Positions 27,923-38,720 of a DNA stretch of 64,000 nt are shown piece by piece (within the stretch, counting starts at the first letter, position 1; each line of letters opens with the position of its first letter). Both the position numbers and the translations under genes were made by a program. The stretch is from a virus (lineage: Duplodnaviria; Caudoviricetes): positions 6,384 to 70,383 of IMG/VR virus record IMGVR_UViG_3300037313_000577; one strand, 5' to 3'. The notes under the pieces were generated by a model that worked only from the letters and a program-made list of their open reading frames with translations, was not told the DNA's origin and searched no databases.

Positions 27923-30398
27923 AGCTGCCAGCGCGAGCGTGCTTCCGCCGCCCACGGATGAACAGATCGCCGCGCGTAAGAATCGCCATGCTGCCTGTGA
28001 ACGCTGTCCGCTTGGGCACCGGCAGTACAAGTACGTCGCCGCTGCCGGAAACGCACGCGATCCACAAGCAATTGTGGTGGGAGAGGCACCCGGTACGGAG
28101 GAAGTGATCGAGCGGATGCCGTTCGTCGGCGCATCGGGGAAGGTGCTGCGCGCAACGTTAAAGCGTGTGGGGATCGATCCGAAGCGAGTATGGTACACTA
28201 ATGCTGTGGGGTGTCATCCACCGAACAATAAGTTGGATGACTACAAGGATGCAATCGCGTGTTGTCGCCCACGCTTAGAACACGAATTAAGTGTGATCGG
28301 CAACGCAGACACACCTGTGATCGCGGCTGGACGCACCAGTGTCGAGAGTGTTGTGAAGCTCACGCAAGGTTCACGCGCGCCCCGCACGGTGAAGATCACA
28401 AGCGAACGCGGTACGTGGTTTCATCCAACCGATGACGGAAGCGTGCAGAAACGCACGCTTGCGACGGTTCATCCCGCATACGTCCTGCGTGCACCAAACG
28501 TCATGCCCGATTTCGAGTCGGATCTGCGTACGGTGACACAGGGGATACCGGAGCATAAGCTCCAACATGCGCCGCGCGTACGTTGGTTACACACACTTGC
28601 GGACATGGATGCAGCTTTTGCAGAGATCGCAGATGGCGAGTGGATCGCATTCGATGTGGAAACGTCGAATCTGATCTGGTATACGCGTCCGGGCAGACAA
28701 GAAACACTGCTGATGATCGGCATCGCGCGCGGAAGCGACGAAGGGTTGATCATCGGACAAGATCTCTTGTACAGCGCCGGTCGCGACGTGCAAAAACGCG
28801 TGAACGCCCTCTTTGAGCGTGTGCGAACATGCGCGCACAATGGCAAATTCGACGTGCTGTGGCTCCGGCGATGGGGATTCACAGCGGCGCGCGTCGATTT
28901 TGATACCATGCTGGCGCACTACACGCTGCATGAAACACCACCGCACGGACTCAAAGAGCTAGCGCATACGCTCTATCACGTGGAGGATTACGAATCAGCG
29001 TTTGTTACCAAGTACTTCCCATCGCAGAAGCGCGAAGATCGTGATTATTCGCTCGTTCCACCGAATCAACTTGCGCACTATCTTGCGTGGGATCTGGCGG
29101 TCACGTACCAACTCTTTCGAGATTTCGGGCCTGCCATGCAGCAGGACGGCGCAGCGGAGCGCACGTTCAACGAGATCTTGATGCCTGCTTCAAGCGCATT
29201 TGTGCGTTTGGAAGAATACGGTGTGTTGATCGACCGTCCGTACCTTGAGAGTGTGCGTACGGTGATGGAGCGCGATAGTTACGAATCGCTCATGCACTTG
29301 CGTGAGATGACGGGCCGTCCGCACTTCAATCCAAATTCGACGCAACAGGTCGCAGCGGTATTGTTTGATGATCTCGGATTCAAGCCGACAACGAGTAAGC
29401 ATTTTCCGTATCGATCTACCAGTGCAGGCGCGTTAAAGCAAGCTGATCCGGCATTGTTGGCGCATCCGTTTACGCAAGAATTTCAAAAGCATCGACGCAT
29501 CAAGAAATTACTTTCGGCGTATGTGCAACCAATGTTGGATTTTGCAGATGTTAACGATTATCTGCATCCGTCGTACAGATTGATCGGAACGGAAACGGGC
29601 AGATTGTCCGCTGTTGATCCGGCCATTCAAACACTTCCGCGTGCCGCGCGCGATGTGTATGGCCCGATGATCCGTGCCAGTGTGATCGCGCCGCCGGGAT
29701 ACAAGCTTGTTCTGGCGGATTACTCACAGGCAGAAATGCGTGTGTGGGCGCACCTATGTCAAGATCCGTTCCTCTTGCAAGTGTATCGAGACGGACGTGA
29801 TCTGCATACCGAAGGTGCGATCCATCTCTTTGGACCGAACTATACCAAAGAGCAACGCACATGGGTGAAAAATTATAATTTCGCCTATGTGTATGGAGGG
29901 AATGAATATAGCTTCGCAGGTCAATACAACTTACCAATCGAAACGGCGCGTGAATTCGTACACGAATATGAACGCATGATGCCGGTTGCACGTGCATGGA
30001 GACGCACAGCTTTTGAAGATGCTGTGAATCGCGGGTACGTCGAAACGCCTTTCGGACGCAAGCGCAGATTTCCGCTGATCAACGAAGAAACATTAGAGGA
30101 AATCAAAAAAGTCGCTTGGAATTTCCCGCCTCAGTCTATTGCTAGCGATCTTACACTGCTCTCTACGATCAAGCTTGTCGAAATGAATGTACGTGTCGTC
30201 TTGACCGTACACGACTCGATAGGCGCGTATGTGCGTGATGAAGATGTCGAACGCATAGGCGCATTGATGCGCTCGATCATGATCGCTACTGCTGAACAAT
30301 GGGTACCAAGTGTACCGTGGGAAGTAGACGTGGAAGTACAGGATCGATGGGCATTACGTACTGACGACGATCTTGCATTGATTGGAGAGGTTGTATGA
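27912..30398 (+). CDS. polA: family A DNA polymerase with N-terminal family-4 uracil-DNA-glycosylase domain and 3'-5' exonuclease (SPO1-like architecture)
   Basis: CERCPL, GEAPG, PFVGASG and HPAYVLR (UDG); FDVETS and HNGKFD (exonuclease); [18 protein letters not shown] and VHDS (pol motifs A, B, C). GTG start after GGAGG. Confidence 0.95.
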   Translation: MSAKAASASVLPPPTDEQIAARKNRHAACERCPLGHRQYKYVAAAGNARDPQAIVVGEAPGTEEVIERMPFVGASGKVLRATLKRVGIDPKRVWYTNAVGCHPPNNKLDDYKDAIACCRPRLEHELSVIGNADTPVIAAGRTSVESVVKLTQGSRAPRTVKITSERGTWFHPTDDGSVQKRTLATVHPAYVLRAPNVMPDFESDLRTVTQGIPEHKLQHAPRVRWLHTLADMDAAFAEIADGEWIAFDVETSNLIWYTRPGRQETLLMIGIARGSDEGLIIGQDLLYSAGRDVQKRVNALFERVRTCAHNGKFDVLWLRRWGFTAARVDFDTMLAHYTLHETPPHGLKELAHTLYHVEDYESAFVTKYFPSQKREDRDYSLVPPNQLAHYLAWDLAVTYQLFRDFGPAMQQDGAAERTFNEILMPASSAFVRLEEYGVLIDRPYLESVRTVMERDSYESLMHLREMTGRPHFNPNSTQQVAAVLFDDLGFKPTTSKHFPYRSTSAGALKQADPALLAHPFTQEFQKHRRIKKLLSAYVQPMLDFADVNDYLHPSYRLIGTETGRLSAVDPAIQTLPRAARDVYGPMIRASVIAPPGYKLVLADYSQAEMRVWAHLCQDPFLLQVYRDGRDLHTEGAIHLFGPNYTKEQRTWVKNYNFAYVYGGNEYSFAGQYNLPIETAREFVHEYERMMPVARAWRRTAFEDAVNRGYVETPFGRKRRFPLINEETLEEIKKVAWNFPPQSIASDLTLLSTIKLVEMNVRVVLTVHDSIGAYVRDEDVERIGALMRSIMIATAEQWVPSVPWEVDVEVQDRWALRTDDDLALIGEVV

Positions 30399-30853
30399 AA
30401 ACTGTCAAGCTTACATCTGGCGCGGTTATGATCGTGGACGATGACGATTACGATTTTGTGCGTCAATATCGCTGGAACGGTCATTCGTGTGGGTATGCAC
30501 AGACGCGCATAAACGCTAAAGTTGTCCTTGCCCATCGGCTGATCATGAATCCGCCTGCACACATGCAGGTCGATCATCGAAACGGCGATAAATTAGATAA
30601 TCGGCGCAGCAACTTACGCATCTGTACACGTGCACAGAATTACGCAGCGCGACCATCCACGAAAACACGCTATCGTGGTGTGATCGAATTGTACACAGGA
30701 CGATGGAGAGCGAACATCACTGTTGATCGTAAGCAACTCTACCTGGGTACGTTCGATACGCCTGAACAGGCGGCGCGTGCATATGATGTGGCTGCGTTGA
30801 AGTATCGCGGAGAGTTTGCAACACTCAACTTTCCGATACAGGTACAAACATGA
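30395..30853 (+). CDS. HNH-AP2 homing endonuclease
   Basis: AHRLIM...[17 protein letters not shown] followed by YRGV...[16 protein letters not shown]. Confidence 0.88.
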   Translation: MKTVKLTSGAVMIVDDDDYDFVRQYRWNGHSCGYAQTRINAKVVLAHRLIMNPPAHMQVDHRNGDKLDNRRSNLRICTRAQNYAARPSTKTRYRGVIELYTGRWRANITVDRKQLYLGTFDTPEQAARAYDVAALKYRGEFATLNFPIQVQT

Positions 30854-31221
30854 CGATGGTAGAAGAACGCGATCACAGGCAGCACGCAGATCGAATCGAA
30901 CGGCCCCAGGTGTTATTTCTCGATCCACCGGAGTCGGATGAGACACGCGCGGCCAAGCTTGTGATCAATCGTGGACGCTCGTATCGCAGTACGGCAACGC
31001 GCACGCTGCAAGTGTTCAGCACGAATCGGGAGGAAGTGGCACTCCTCCGCCGCGTGTACGGTGGACAGTTTTATCCGCATTCAAGCGGGTATCAATGGAC
31101 AGTGAGCAAGCTCGCAACGCTGCAAACCATCGCACGCTCGCTTAAGTCGCTGGCGAATGTGCGACCGGAACGGAAAAAAATGCTCGCGGCTTTGTTTTCA
31201 ACGTTGCCGCCTGACGCATAG
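30850..31221 (+). CDS. LAGLIDADG-fold-like remnant
   Basis: [23 protein letters not shown]...YQWTV resembles the distal half of the fold. The catalytic helix is not recognisable. Confidence 0.45.
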   Translation: MTMVEERDHRQHADRIERPQVLFLDPPESDETRAAKLVINRGRSYRSTATRTLQVFSTNREEVALLRRVYGGQFYPHSSGYQWTVSKLATLQTIARSLKSLANVRPERKKMLAALFSTLPPDA

Positions 31222-31242
31222 CGACGAAAATTTTTTGGAATC

Positions 31243-31277
31243 AAAAAAGCCGGTAGCACATCGCTACCGGCCTTTTT
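31243..31277. terminator. bidirectional intrinsic terminator at the convergence of the two arms
   Basis: AAAAAA-GCCGGTAGC-ACATC-GCTACCGGC-CTTTTT. Confidence 0.85.
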
Positions 31278-31298
31278 GCGCTGTGTGAGGAATGCGTG

Positions 31299-31616
31299 CT
31301 AGTCGTCGTCAATCGTACGCCGCACTTGCTCATCCATGATCGTCTGCATCACAACCGAATCATCTACGAATGTCGATGCATACATCGGCGGAAATATCTC
31401 TTTGGCTGTTTCTGCAAAGCACGTTTGTGCACGTACGAGATCGGCATTCGTGTATTGGGTAAGCGCGTCAGGCGTCAGAAACGCCGTGACCAGGAGATCG
31501 ACAAACGGCGCATCCGTTGCTGATTCGCTCATGCGCGACATCACGGCTAGCTCATCCGCCGCAATGCGTTCGCCAAGCGCGGCGATCTCTGTATGGAGAT
31601 CTTCAATCCCTTTCAT
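31299..31616 (-). CDS. hypothetical protein
   Basis: Start at MKGIED with a GGGAG RBS. Last gene of the leftward array. Confidence 0.55.
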   Translation of the reverse strand: MKGIEDLHTEIAALGERIAADELAVMSRMSESATDAPFVDLLVTAFLTPDALTQYTNADLVRAQTCFAETAKEIFPPMYASTFVDDSVVMQTIMDEQVRRTIDDD

Positions 31617-31944
31617 GCTGTGTACGCTCCCTGCGTAATCGTGCACGCTCCTTGCGATTCTGTGCGATCTGGCGTTGATTGGCCTGTTGACGTGCACGCT
31701 GTAACGTTCGTGCACGCGCGCGAAGTTGCACACAACTGTTGCGATATTCCGCGATGCGACTATGGAGTCCGCTCAAGCCGTCCAGTACCGATCCAAGTGC
31801 GCTAATTTCCGCTTGCGGATCTTCCAACAACGCGCGCGCTTTCGACGCATCTTCGTACGCGATGATCGCACGCTTAAGGATGCGCAACTGTGCACGCACT
31901 ACGGCACGCTGTGTGTCGATCACAAGCTTGTCTGTTTCGTCCAT
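31603..31944 (-). CDS. coiled-coil hypothetical protein
   Basis: AGGAGG RBS adjacent to element E1. Confidence 0.6.
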   Translation of the reverse strand: MDETDKLVIDTQRAVVRAQLRILKRAIIAYEDASKARALLEDPQAEISALGSVLDGLSGLHSRIAEYRNSCVQLRARARTLQRARQQANQRQIAQNRKERARLRRERTQHERD

Positions 31945-32014
31945 GCATACCTCCTTAAACGCCCAAACCAACATGCGATGTGCATGTTGGTTAAGGCGCG
32001 TGGAATATGCTGGA

Positions 32015-32347
32015 TTACGCATCAAGACGCTTGAAAAGATTCGGATGAATCTGACGTGCGACGGTTTCAGACACGCGAATGCAGCACGCGCGTAAGTAGT
32101 CATCCGACACAGAACTGCCAGCTACGGCGCTGTTGTCCCACGTGTGGACGGCCATCAGACCTTCAACACAATAGCGCGTGCCATTCCAGTACCAGCGTGG
32201 ATTATTGTGATCGAGCGAGATCGCGATCACGTTGCCGGGTGCGATCACCTTTGATGCGACGACGGAATAGCGCTTACGCGCGTTGCGACGAAAGTGTTGT
32301 TTGCCTTGCGCACTGCCAAGATCACGATAGAAGCGATAGCCTTGCAT
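32015..32347 (-). CDS. hypothetical protein (cassette E2)
   Basis: GGAGG RBS. Bounded by elements E2 and E1. Confidence 0.65.
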   Translation of the reverse strand: MQGYRFYRDLGSAQGKQHFRRNARKRYSVVASKVIAPGNVIAISLDHNNPRWYWNGTRYCVEGLMAVHTWDNSAVAGSSVSDDYLRACCIRVSETVARQIHPNLFKRLDA

Positions 32348-32419
32348 GTGTGTACCCTCCGTATGTAGCTTTTAAACGCCAAAAACGCATGCGATGTGCA
32401 TGCGCTTCTGGCGCGCGTG

Positions 32420-32824
32420 TTAGTGATCAGCGATCCACTGTGGAAGTGCGTCGATGAACGTTTGGATCATCTCTGCGAACGTGCCGTATTCGATCCAATC
32501 GTCAGGACCACGCCCCATGAGTCCAATCGGACGCGTCCGCTCACATTCCCACGAATCGTCACTCTCGTTGTGTGAGAGCACGATCACGTAATCGTCGCCC
32601 GACTCATCATCGGGATCGCCAAGCGTGAGTCCGTCGCAACCGTGCTGTTCGCGCATGCAGATCGCGCGGACCTTCGTTTGCAGACTTTTCACCGTGCGTG
32701 CCTGCACGCGCGACGTTTGACGATTGTCGTAATTCCAACGCAGTGTGAGCACAAGCATGCCGTTCGCTTGCGTGCCAATCGTCGGTTGTGCCGTCCTACG
32801 TGCGAGTCTGTTCTCCGTCCGCAT
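32420..32824 (-). CDS. hypothetical protein
   Basis: GGAGG RBS before MRTEN. Confidence 0.6.
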   Translation of the reverse strand: MRTENRLARRTAQPTIGTQANGMLVLTLRWNYDNRQTSRVQARTVKSLQTKVRAICMREQHGCDGLTLGDPDDESGDDYVIVLSHNESDDSWECERTRPIGLMGRGPDDWIEYGTFAEMIQTFIDALPQWIADH

Positions 32825-33183
32825 TAGAAATACCTCCATTCTACGTTGCCATCAGGATCATACTCGAATGTAATCGTACAGGGTAAATATCCAGGAATGT
32901 GCAAACGCACGCGCATGCCGCACACGTCAGCTATGATCGCGCTTGCGTCCCTGACATAGCTGATCACGCGTGCATCGTCTGCCTCATGCAACACAAGCAT
33001 GGTATCGGCCACGGCGAATGCGCCAATGGCGCGTATACGGACGTAGCGCATACCACAGGTGAATAGCGCGCAATAATACGCGTGTGTGCGATGCACATCT
33101 TCCGCGTCGGCGGGATTGTCAAGACAGATCGCGTTGTCGCGGATGCGTACACGCCGCGCGTGCTCTAGATCGGTCGTTGCCAT
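32824..33183 (-). CDS. hypothetical protein
   Basis: GAGGAAG RBS, coupled to neighbours. Confidence 0.55.
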   Translation of the reverse strand: MATTDLEHARRVRIRDNAICLDNPADAEDVHRTHAYYCALFTCGMRYVRIRAIGAFAVADTMLVLHEADDARVISYVRDASAIIADVCGMRVRLHIPGYLPCTITFEYDPDGNVEWRYF

Positions 33184-33839
33184 AAGCGATCTTCCTCACG
33201 CTGTTCGTGATAACACGCGGGACATTCATGCGCTTCTGTAACTCGGAGAAGCGAGAGCGGTTTGTGCTGCGTGTCTACGGTTAAGATGTACTTGATCGTA
33301 GACCGATGCGATGGTGACGTAAGCCAGATATAAAATTCTAGCTCGCCCGATCCATGCGGATCGGAGTCAAGTTCGTAATCTTCCAACTGTTCGTCATCAT
33401 GCAACATGCACGCTTGCGCCTGTGGCGTGCGTAAGAACGCTTCCAATTCGCCCACGATCATCGGTAGATTCTCCCATTTGATAACACCTTGCACGCGTTC
33501 GCTTGCGCGTGCCGGATTCACAGGCTCCTGTGAATCCGCGTGTGCGGCCGTACGCGGCACGATTAACACCGCGTACATTCCTTCATCGATCAGCGATCCG
33601 TAATACGCACACGCTTCTTGCGTGGCGTTGACGACGCGCAAGATCGTGAGCAGACGATGCACCAACATCGATTGATTCGACGCTGGAAACTTGAATGTCA
33701 GCATCACGCCGTCTGCATGATCACCTTCGATCCCATGACCTGTAAAACGGTGCAATGCACCGAGCTTAAACCACGGAAGCGCGGCCTGTTGAGCCGCGCT
33801 TGTGGCGATGCGTGCGATGGTAGTAGACGTGGCGGACAT
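33165..33839 (-). CDS. hypothetical protein
   Basis: 224 aa, TGATG overlap with the upstream gene. Confidence 0.55.
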   Translation of the reverse strand: MSATSTTIARIATSAAQQAALPWFKLGALHRFTGHGIEGDHADGVMLTFKFPASNQSMLVHRLLTILRVVNATQEACAYYGSLIDEGMYAVLIVPRTAAHADSQEPVNPARASERVQGVIKWENLPMIVGELEAFLRTPQAQACMLHDDEQLEDYELDSDPHGSGELEFYIWLTSPSHRSTIKYILTVDTQHKPLSLLRVTEAHECPACYHEQREEDRLWQRPI

Positions 33840-35023
33840 CACACACGTTCCTTCGTGCGTGTATACTTACAGCGTGTCAGTTCTGTTTGGGCGACTCCTT
33901 TATACTCCGTATGCGCCTTGATCGTGCCAAGCAGGGTGTACGTGCATCCTTCTTCCAGGCGATACGATGATGTACGCCACGTGTAGATGTTGCCGGTCGC
34001 GTCGTGGAAGATGTGTTGAAACGATACGCCGTAGAGCGTATCATTGTCAAAGATCCGCTCGACCGTCAGATCGATAAAGATCGTGCGATCTCCAACGTTG
34101 CCGACGTGCTGCGATGCTTCGCGCTTGCGTTCGTGCGCTAGCTCGCGCGCCAATGTGCGGCGATAGGCGCTCACGGCACTCGCGACCAGTGCAGCGCTGC
34201 GTGCGTCTGTGTAGTCTTGTGCATCGATCATCACAAGATTATGCTCGTAGTCCGTGCGTTCGTGGATCGGCTTGATTGTGAGCGTGTGCATCCACGCGCG
34301 GGTCGCTGTTGCAAGCGCGCGATCATCGTCGCCAACCGGCTCTTGCGGAATATCGCGCGGATCGGACGGACGTGGCGAAGCACTTATGTTCGTGAATACG
34401 CGCGTGATCGTGGGTATCCCGCCTGTTTCGGTCGCTTTTGCACGCGATACCCAACCGTGTACGCGGATCATCGCGGCTGTGTGCTGCAAGATCGCATCGA
34501 TGTCAAAGAGATCGCGATGTGTCGAAATGCCTACGCGCATGAACTGATCGAGATCGTCAAGCATGTGCATCTGGCGCAAGATCGCGCCCGATACGATATT
34601 GTCTGGAAAGAAGTCTTTGAGACAATTCGATCCGACGATCTTGATCTCTCCTGTTTGCGTATGCACGACGACGTACGTCTTGAGTCGATTCCGCACGGTG
34701 TTGCACACATCACAGTGTGCCGGGCCAGTACGATACTGTGTGAGATCGATCTGTGGAAGGTGCGATTGTGGCACACGCGACACGATGTTACCATGTGGCG
34801 TGTGCTCGACAACGGCCATAAACGCCCAATCGTCATAGATCGGACCAGATCCTTCTAGCTCACATTCATACATGAGATAGAATGATCCATCTTCCTGCTC
34901 GACTCGATGCTCCGTACCAACACGCAACGTGATTGGATCGACTTGACGCGATGTGCGATGCGCGTTGAGCTTATGCACTTTTGCGCGGACAAGCTCTAGT
35001 GTTCTTTCGTCTAGCGTGTACAT
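33839..35023 (-). CDS. phage protein with CxxC motif and C-terminal OB-fold-like domain
   Basis: AGGAGG RBS adjacent to E3. Contains CDVCNTVR and a C-terminal HVGNVGDR...LLGTIKAHTEYKGVAQTELTRC segment. Confidence 0.75.
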   Translation of the reverse strand: MYTLDERTLELVRAKVHKLNAHRTSRQVDPITLRVGTEHRVEQEDGSFYLMYECELEGSGPIYDDWAFMAVVEHTPHGNIVSRVPQSHLPQIDLTQYRTGPAHCDVCNTVRNRLKTYVVVHTQTGEIKIVGSNCLKDFFPDNIVSGAILRQMHMLDDLDQFMRVGISTHRDLFDIDAILQHTAAMIRVHGWVSRAKATETGGIPTITRVFTNISASPRPSDPRDIPQEPVGDDDRALATATRAWMHTLTIKPIHERTDYEHNLVMIDAQDYTDARSAALVASAVSAYRRTLARELAHERKREASQHVGNVGDRTIFIDLTVERIFDNDTLYGVSFQHIFHDATGNIYTWRTSSYRLEEGCTYTLLGTIKAHTEYKGVAQTELTRCKYTRTKERV

Positions 35024-35097
35024 GTGTACCTCCTTTAAACGCCGAAAGCCATATGCGTGTGCATATGGCATCAGCGGATTCACAGGCGTGGTGTGCG

Positions 35098-35757
35098 TTA
35101 GAGATCACGTACGAGCATGGTATTGTAGCATGACCATATCGCGTGACTCAACGCGAAATAATCTTGCTCACACAGATCCTCGATGTACTGTATGCGTTGA
35201 TTGTAGCGAATCGTGCGTAACATATAGTAGACTTCACGCCATTTGCGCGGCATCGCATCGATGTATGTAACGAAATCCAGATCGTCGCGACATTTGGTTT
35301 GAATGAGTGGCATACCCAATACATCGGTACGAATAGTCATCGACAAGTACGCGTGTTCACGTGGAATGTGTACGCGTGGCGATTTGATCACGCCCGGTGG
35401 AAGCTGTGCAATGCGATCTTGCCGTAAGTGAATGCGATCAAGTGCGCGTTCCAGGTACGCATCGACATCCGCGAGTCCGTTTGGAAGATCATCGAATGTT
35501 GGTGGCGGCGTCACTGTACCGTCCGCATAGCGTACCTGATGCATGTAACATTGTCGCGTGAAATCCCAATTGTGCTCAGCATAGCGCTTGACGCGCGGAT
35601 ACCGCTGCGGCATGTAATACTCATCGATAGCGATGCACGGTTGTCCGCCGACGATGATCCACAAGCGGAGATGTTCGCCTTTGTAGGTAAATTCGATGCC
35701 GCTTGCGCCTGCACTCAGCAACGTGACTCCATCCGGCATGTACTCCTGTAGCTGCAT
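35098..35757 (-). CDS. hypothetical protein (cassette E4)
   Basis: AAGGAGG RBS, 219 aa. Confidence 0.6.
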   Translation of the reverse strand: MQLQEYMPDGVTLLSAGASGIEFTYKGEHLRLWIIVGGQPCIAIDEYYMPQRYPRVKRYAEHNWDFTRQCYMHQVRYADGTVTPPPTFDDLPNGLADVDAYLERALDRIHLRQDRIAQLPPGVIKSPRVHIPREHAYLSMTIRTDVLGMPLIQTKCRDDLDFVTYIDAMPRKWREVYYMLRTIRYNQRIQYIEDLCEQDYFALSHAIWSCYNTMLVRDL

Positions 35758-35836
35758 GTGATCCTCCTTATGTGCTGTTTAAACGCCTAAAACGCCACAC
35801 AATTGCGTGACGTTTTGAGGCGTGTGCGTGCGTGCA

Positions 35837-36010
35837 CTACTGTGATCGATACGTGCTCTCGTAGACGACTCCGATGATCAGGCCAATCGACGCACCAAAC
35901 AACGCTGCTGCATAGCGATCCCATGTTGGATTGTGATGCAGCAGAAGTGAGATCAGCATGCAGATGACTGCAAACTCTGTGAGCAGTGCAAGCCTGTAAT
36001 TGAGTTTCAT
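35837..36010 (-). CDS. small two-TM membrane protein
   Basis: MKLNYRLALLTEFAVICMLISLLLHH..., read manually. TGATG coupling with the upstream gene. Confidence 0.5.
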   Translation of the reverse strand: MKLNYRLALLTEFAVICMLISLLLHHNPTWDRYAAALFGASIGLIIGVVYESTYRSQ

Positions 36011-36231
36011 CATACATCCTTGAATGAAATTTCATCGAAATGTGTGAGCAATTCCGCCAGGACGTGCGACGAGATCGGCTTACATTCGCGCATGGTTTGA
36101 TAGAGCGCGTCTACCAACTCATGCACGCGCTTGCGCGATTGTGCATACTGAAAGGACAGGTGCGAGTCGCTATACGTGTTCACGCGCATCGTCACTTGCA
36201 CTTTCTTACCGCGAATCAGACGTGCTACCAT
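36010..36231 (-). CDS. hypothetical protein
   Basis: AGGAGG RBS adjacent to E5. Confidence 0.6.
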   Translation of the reverse strand: MVARLIRGKKVQVTMRVNTYSDSHLSFQYAQSRKRVHELVDALYQTMRECKPISSHVLAELLTHFDEISFKDV

Positions 36232-36308
36232 GTGTGTACCTCCTTAAACACGTAAAGCGCCGTACGTGTGTACGACGCTGACGCTCCGACATGTGCGTGC
36301 GTGTGTGC

Positions 36309-36890
36309 CTAGTCGCGATGTCCGCGCATTGGCGTGCAGGGCTGCGTGATCGGCCCCGAAAGATCGAACGTGTTAGGCGCAACACGTCCAATCGCACCAC
36401 AGCGCTTGCACAGGACCGCTTGTCCGTACTCGTTCGACACAGACTCGAATCCGTCGATCTCGTGACCACGCTCCGTGATGATGTCAAGCGCGCGTTCTTC
36501 AAGCGTCCATGTATACGCACGATCTACCGACACATTCAAGTGAATGTCCATCGGTGCCATATCGTGCCGTGCATTCGTGCGCAGGATGATCGTTTTTCCA
36601 CGCGCGTACACATCGTACACACGCACGCCGACCTTTGAATCGTAATCTTCATGCGTGTATGCGCCGGGATGCAGCATCTCAGCAACAACGCATGCGATTC
36701 TGTGCAGCACTTCATCACAATACAGATCCCACGCTTCGGCGGTAGCAAAATCGCTCATGCTTGCGTGTCCTGCCTGTTGCACAAACAAGTCGCGCGCTTT
36801 AAACCATGTTGCACGTGCGCTGATCCAATCCTGTGCATCCGGCGTTTCGTTTGTGTCCTGCGTGCATGCGTGTGTGTCGTTGGCGTCCAT
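36309..36890 (-). CDS. hypothetical protein (cassette E6)
   Basis: GGAGG RBS, C-terminal CxxC. Confidence 0.6.
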   Translation of the reverse strand: MDANDTHACTQDTNETPDAQDWISARATWFKARDLFVQQAGHASMSDFATAEAWDLYCDEVLHRIACVVAEMLHPGAYTHEDYDSKVGVRVYDVYARGKTIILRTNARHDMAPMDIHLNVSVDRAYTWTLEERALDIITERGHEIDGFESVSNEYGQAVLCKRCGAIGRVAPNTFDLSGPITQPCTPMRGHRD

Positions 36891-36978
36891 GAGATTCCTC
36901 CATGCGAATGTGAATGCATCCGCTTAACTGTCTAAAGCCGTATGCGTGTGCATACGGCTTGGCGATTCACAGGTCGCG

Positions 36979-37140
36979 CTAGCGTACATTCAGCTTGATC
37001 TTGACTCCCTTAGCAGTAAGCGTATGCAGTTGCTCTGCAAACGTGCGTTCAAAATCCGCGCGCTGCTGCATTGCTCGCTTGCGTGCTTGTGCCGCATTGT
37101 ACCGACTCCGACGCGTGCTCTGCTTGGTGGTGCGTGCCAT
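36979..37140 (-). CDS. small basic protein (cassette E7)
   Basis: MARTTKQSTRRSRYNAAQARKR..., 53 aa, GGAGG RBS, read manually. Confidence 0.55.
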   Translation of the reverse strand: MARTTKQSTRRSRYNAAQARKRAMQQRADFERTFAEQLHTLTAKGVKIKLNVR

Positions 37141-37220
37141 TGTGTGTGCCTCCGTGTGTGTCCTTTAAACGCCTAAAGCGCATGCGTGTGCTGCATGCGC
37201 TTAGGTGTGTGTACGTGCTA

Positions 37221-37484
37221 CTACACGTGAAAGACAGGACCGATAGTTTTGCGTTCGCCAGCGAGCGTGATCGCTACGGTATCTTCGATCTTGCGACACG
37301 CGATGACATCAGCCATATCGATCTCTCGCCCTAAGATCTCATAGTTCTCATGCGTCACCGTCAGTGCTTTCAGTCGCACTTCTGCACGCACATCTCCATC
37401 CCCAGTGGCGATAATGTACGTGCAAATGTCCGGTTCCACTTGTCCTAGCACGTCCACGCTTACGACGACGATCCAATGCTTCAT
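37221..37484 (-). CDS. hypothetical protein (cassette E8)
   Basis: GGAGG RBS, 87 aa. Confidence 0.6.
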   Translation of the reverse strand: MKHWIVVVSVDVLGQVEPDICTYIIATGDGDVRAEVRLKALTVTHENYEILGREIDMADVIACRKIEDTVAITLAGERKTIGPVFHV

Positions 37485-37560
37485 GATACCCCTCCATGTG
37501 TATGTGTGTGTTTAAATGCCTAAAAGCGTACGCGATGGACGTACGCTTTTAGGTGTACTA

Positions 37561-37857
37561 TTATTCAATGGTCAGATCAGTAATCCGTGCACGTGTGCCA
37601 TTTTCATGGATCACAGGCGTATCTTCAAGCCTGCGTGTCGATATGACGTAACACGACAACGCGTTACGAGTATGTGTCGCATGCTCGTCCTGAACAAGCT
37701 TGATCGCAAGCGCATGTGCACGCGCGACATCCATTTCTTCGTTGTCAGTTACGTGCACGCCGATCACATGTGTCGTGTACAGCGTCATGATTCCTATGTA
37801 GTCGTGTACAACGACGGTGATCGCATAATGGCGAGTCGGTGTAGCTTTGTTTGTCAT
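37561..37857 (-). CDS. hypothetical protein
   Basis: ATGA overlap with the upstream gene. Confidence 0.5.
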   Translation of the reverse strand: MTNKATPTRHYAITVVVHDYIGIMTLYTTHVIGVHVTDNEEMDVARAHALAIKLVQDEHATHTRNALSCYVISTRRLEDTPVIHENGTRARITDLTIE

Positions 37858-38201
37858 AGCAAGATCCATCCATCGTCATAGTCGCGCTGAATGAAGAATC
37901 GCTTGGCGTCCTTGATCGCGCGAATGTGATCCTCCACTGGTACGAAGTCACGCGGCGTTGTTGCAAGCTTCATTGTATCAGGCGGTAAGCGGTACACGAT
38001 GCGCTTGTCTGCAAACATGGCCGACCACGCGATAATCTTCCCGCTTGTTTGTGCGAATACAAGCATAACGTTCGTCGGCTTGATCTCCCACGCGTAGCGC
38101 GTGCCGTCCGGTAACGATTCGCCTTGTGCCAGCACAACTTTGCAGATCTGTTCTGCATAATCGTGCACTTCACGCTTACTCAATCGAATCGGCTTCGTCA
38201 T
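37854..38201 (-). CDS. hypothetical protein
   Basis: GGGAGGG RBS before MTKP. Confidence 0.55.
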   Translation of the reverse strand: MTKPIRLSKREVHDYAEQICKVVLAQGESLPDGTRYAWEIKPTNVMLVFAQTSGKIIAWSAMFADKRIVYRLPPDTMKLATTPRDFVPVEDHIRAIKDAKRFFIQRDYDDGWILL

Positions 38202-38299
38202 AAATTCCCTCCCCATGATGCATAGGCTGCAATAAGCAGCGAAATAATGCATGCGACGATCACAAGTGTGATGTAGAAACGTGGCGATTCACGCTGCAT
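38198..38299 (-). CDS. 33-aa single-TM peptide
   Basis: MQRESPRFYITLVIVACIISLLIAAYASWGGNL, with AGGAGG adjacent to E9. Confidence 0.5.
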   Translation of the reverse strand: MQRESPRFYITLVIVACIISLLIAAYASWGGNL

Positions 38300-38385
38300 G
38301 CGTCCCTCCTTTAAACGCCTAGAACGTACCGCGATGTGCGATACGTTCAGGCGCGCGTGGGAGCGTGTGCGTGTGCGTAAGCGTG

Positions 38386-38718
38386 CTAGAGTTGAATGTC
38401 ACGCAGGATCGATGCTGCGAGTCCGCTGCGGACATGTTCATGCAGGGCTGTGATCTCGCAGGCGTGATCATCGCCAATGATGATGTACGCGTCCGCATCT
38501 GTAAGTCGCTCTGCATGCGGATGGACAATGACGATCACAGCGCCGCAATGCGTGCAATGGCATCCGATGGATCGTCCGCCGACATGATCGTGCCATGGCG
38601 CGTACGTGTGTGTGCGATCATCTCCGAAGATCGAGCGTGCGACGATCTTCGCTTGATCGAGTGTGATCCCGCTGATTGCGATTCGCTCTTGTGGGAGCAG
38701 TGTTGTTTGCGTGTACAT
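38386..38718 (-). CDS. hypothetical protein with CxxC
   Basis: GGAG RBS, HCTHCG motif. Confidence 0.5.
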   Translation of the reverse strand: MYTQTTLLPQERIAISGITLDQAKIVARSIFGDDRTHTYAPWHDHVGGRSIGCHCTHCGAVIVIVHPHAERLTDADAYIIIGDDHACEITALHEHVRSGLAASILRDIQL

Positions 38719-38720
38719 TG

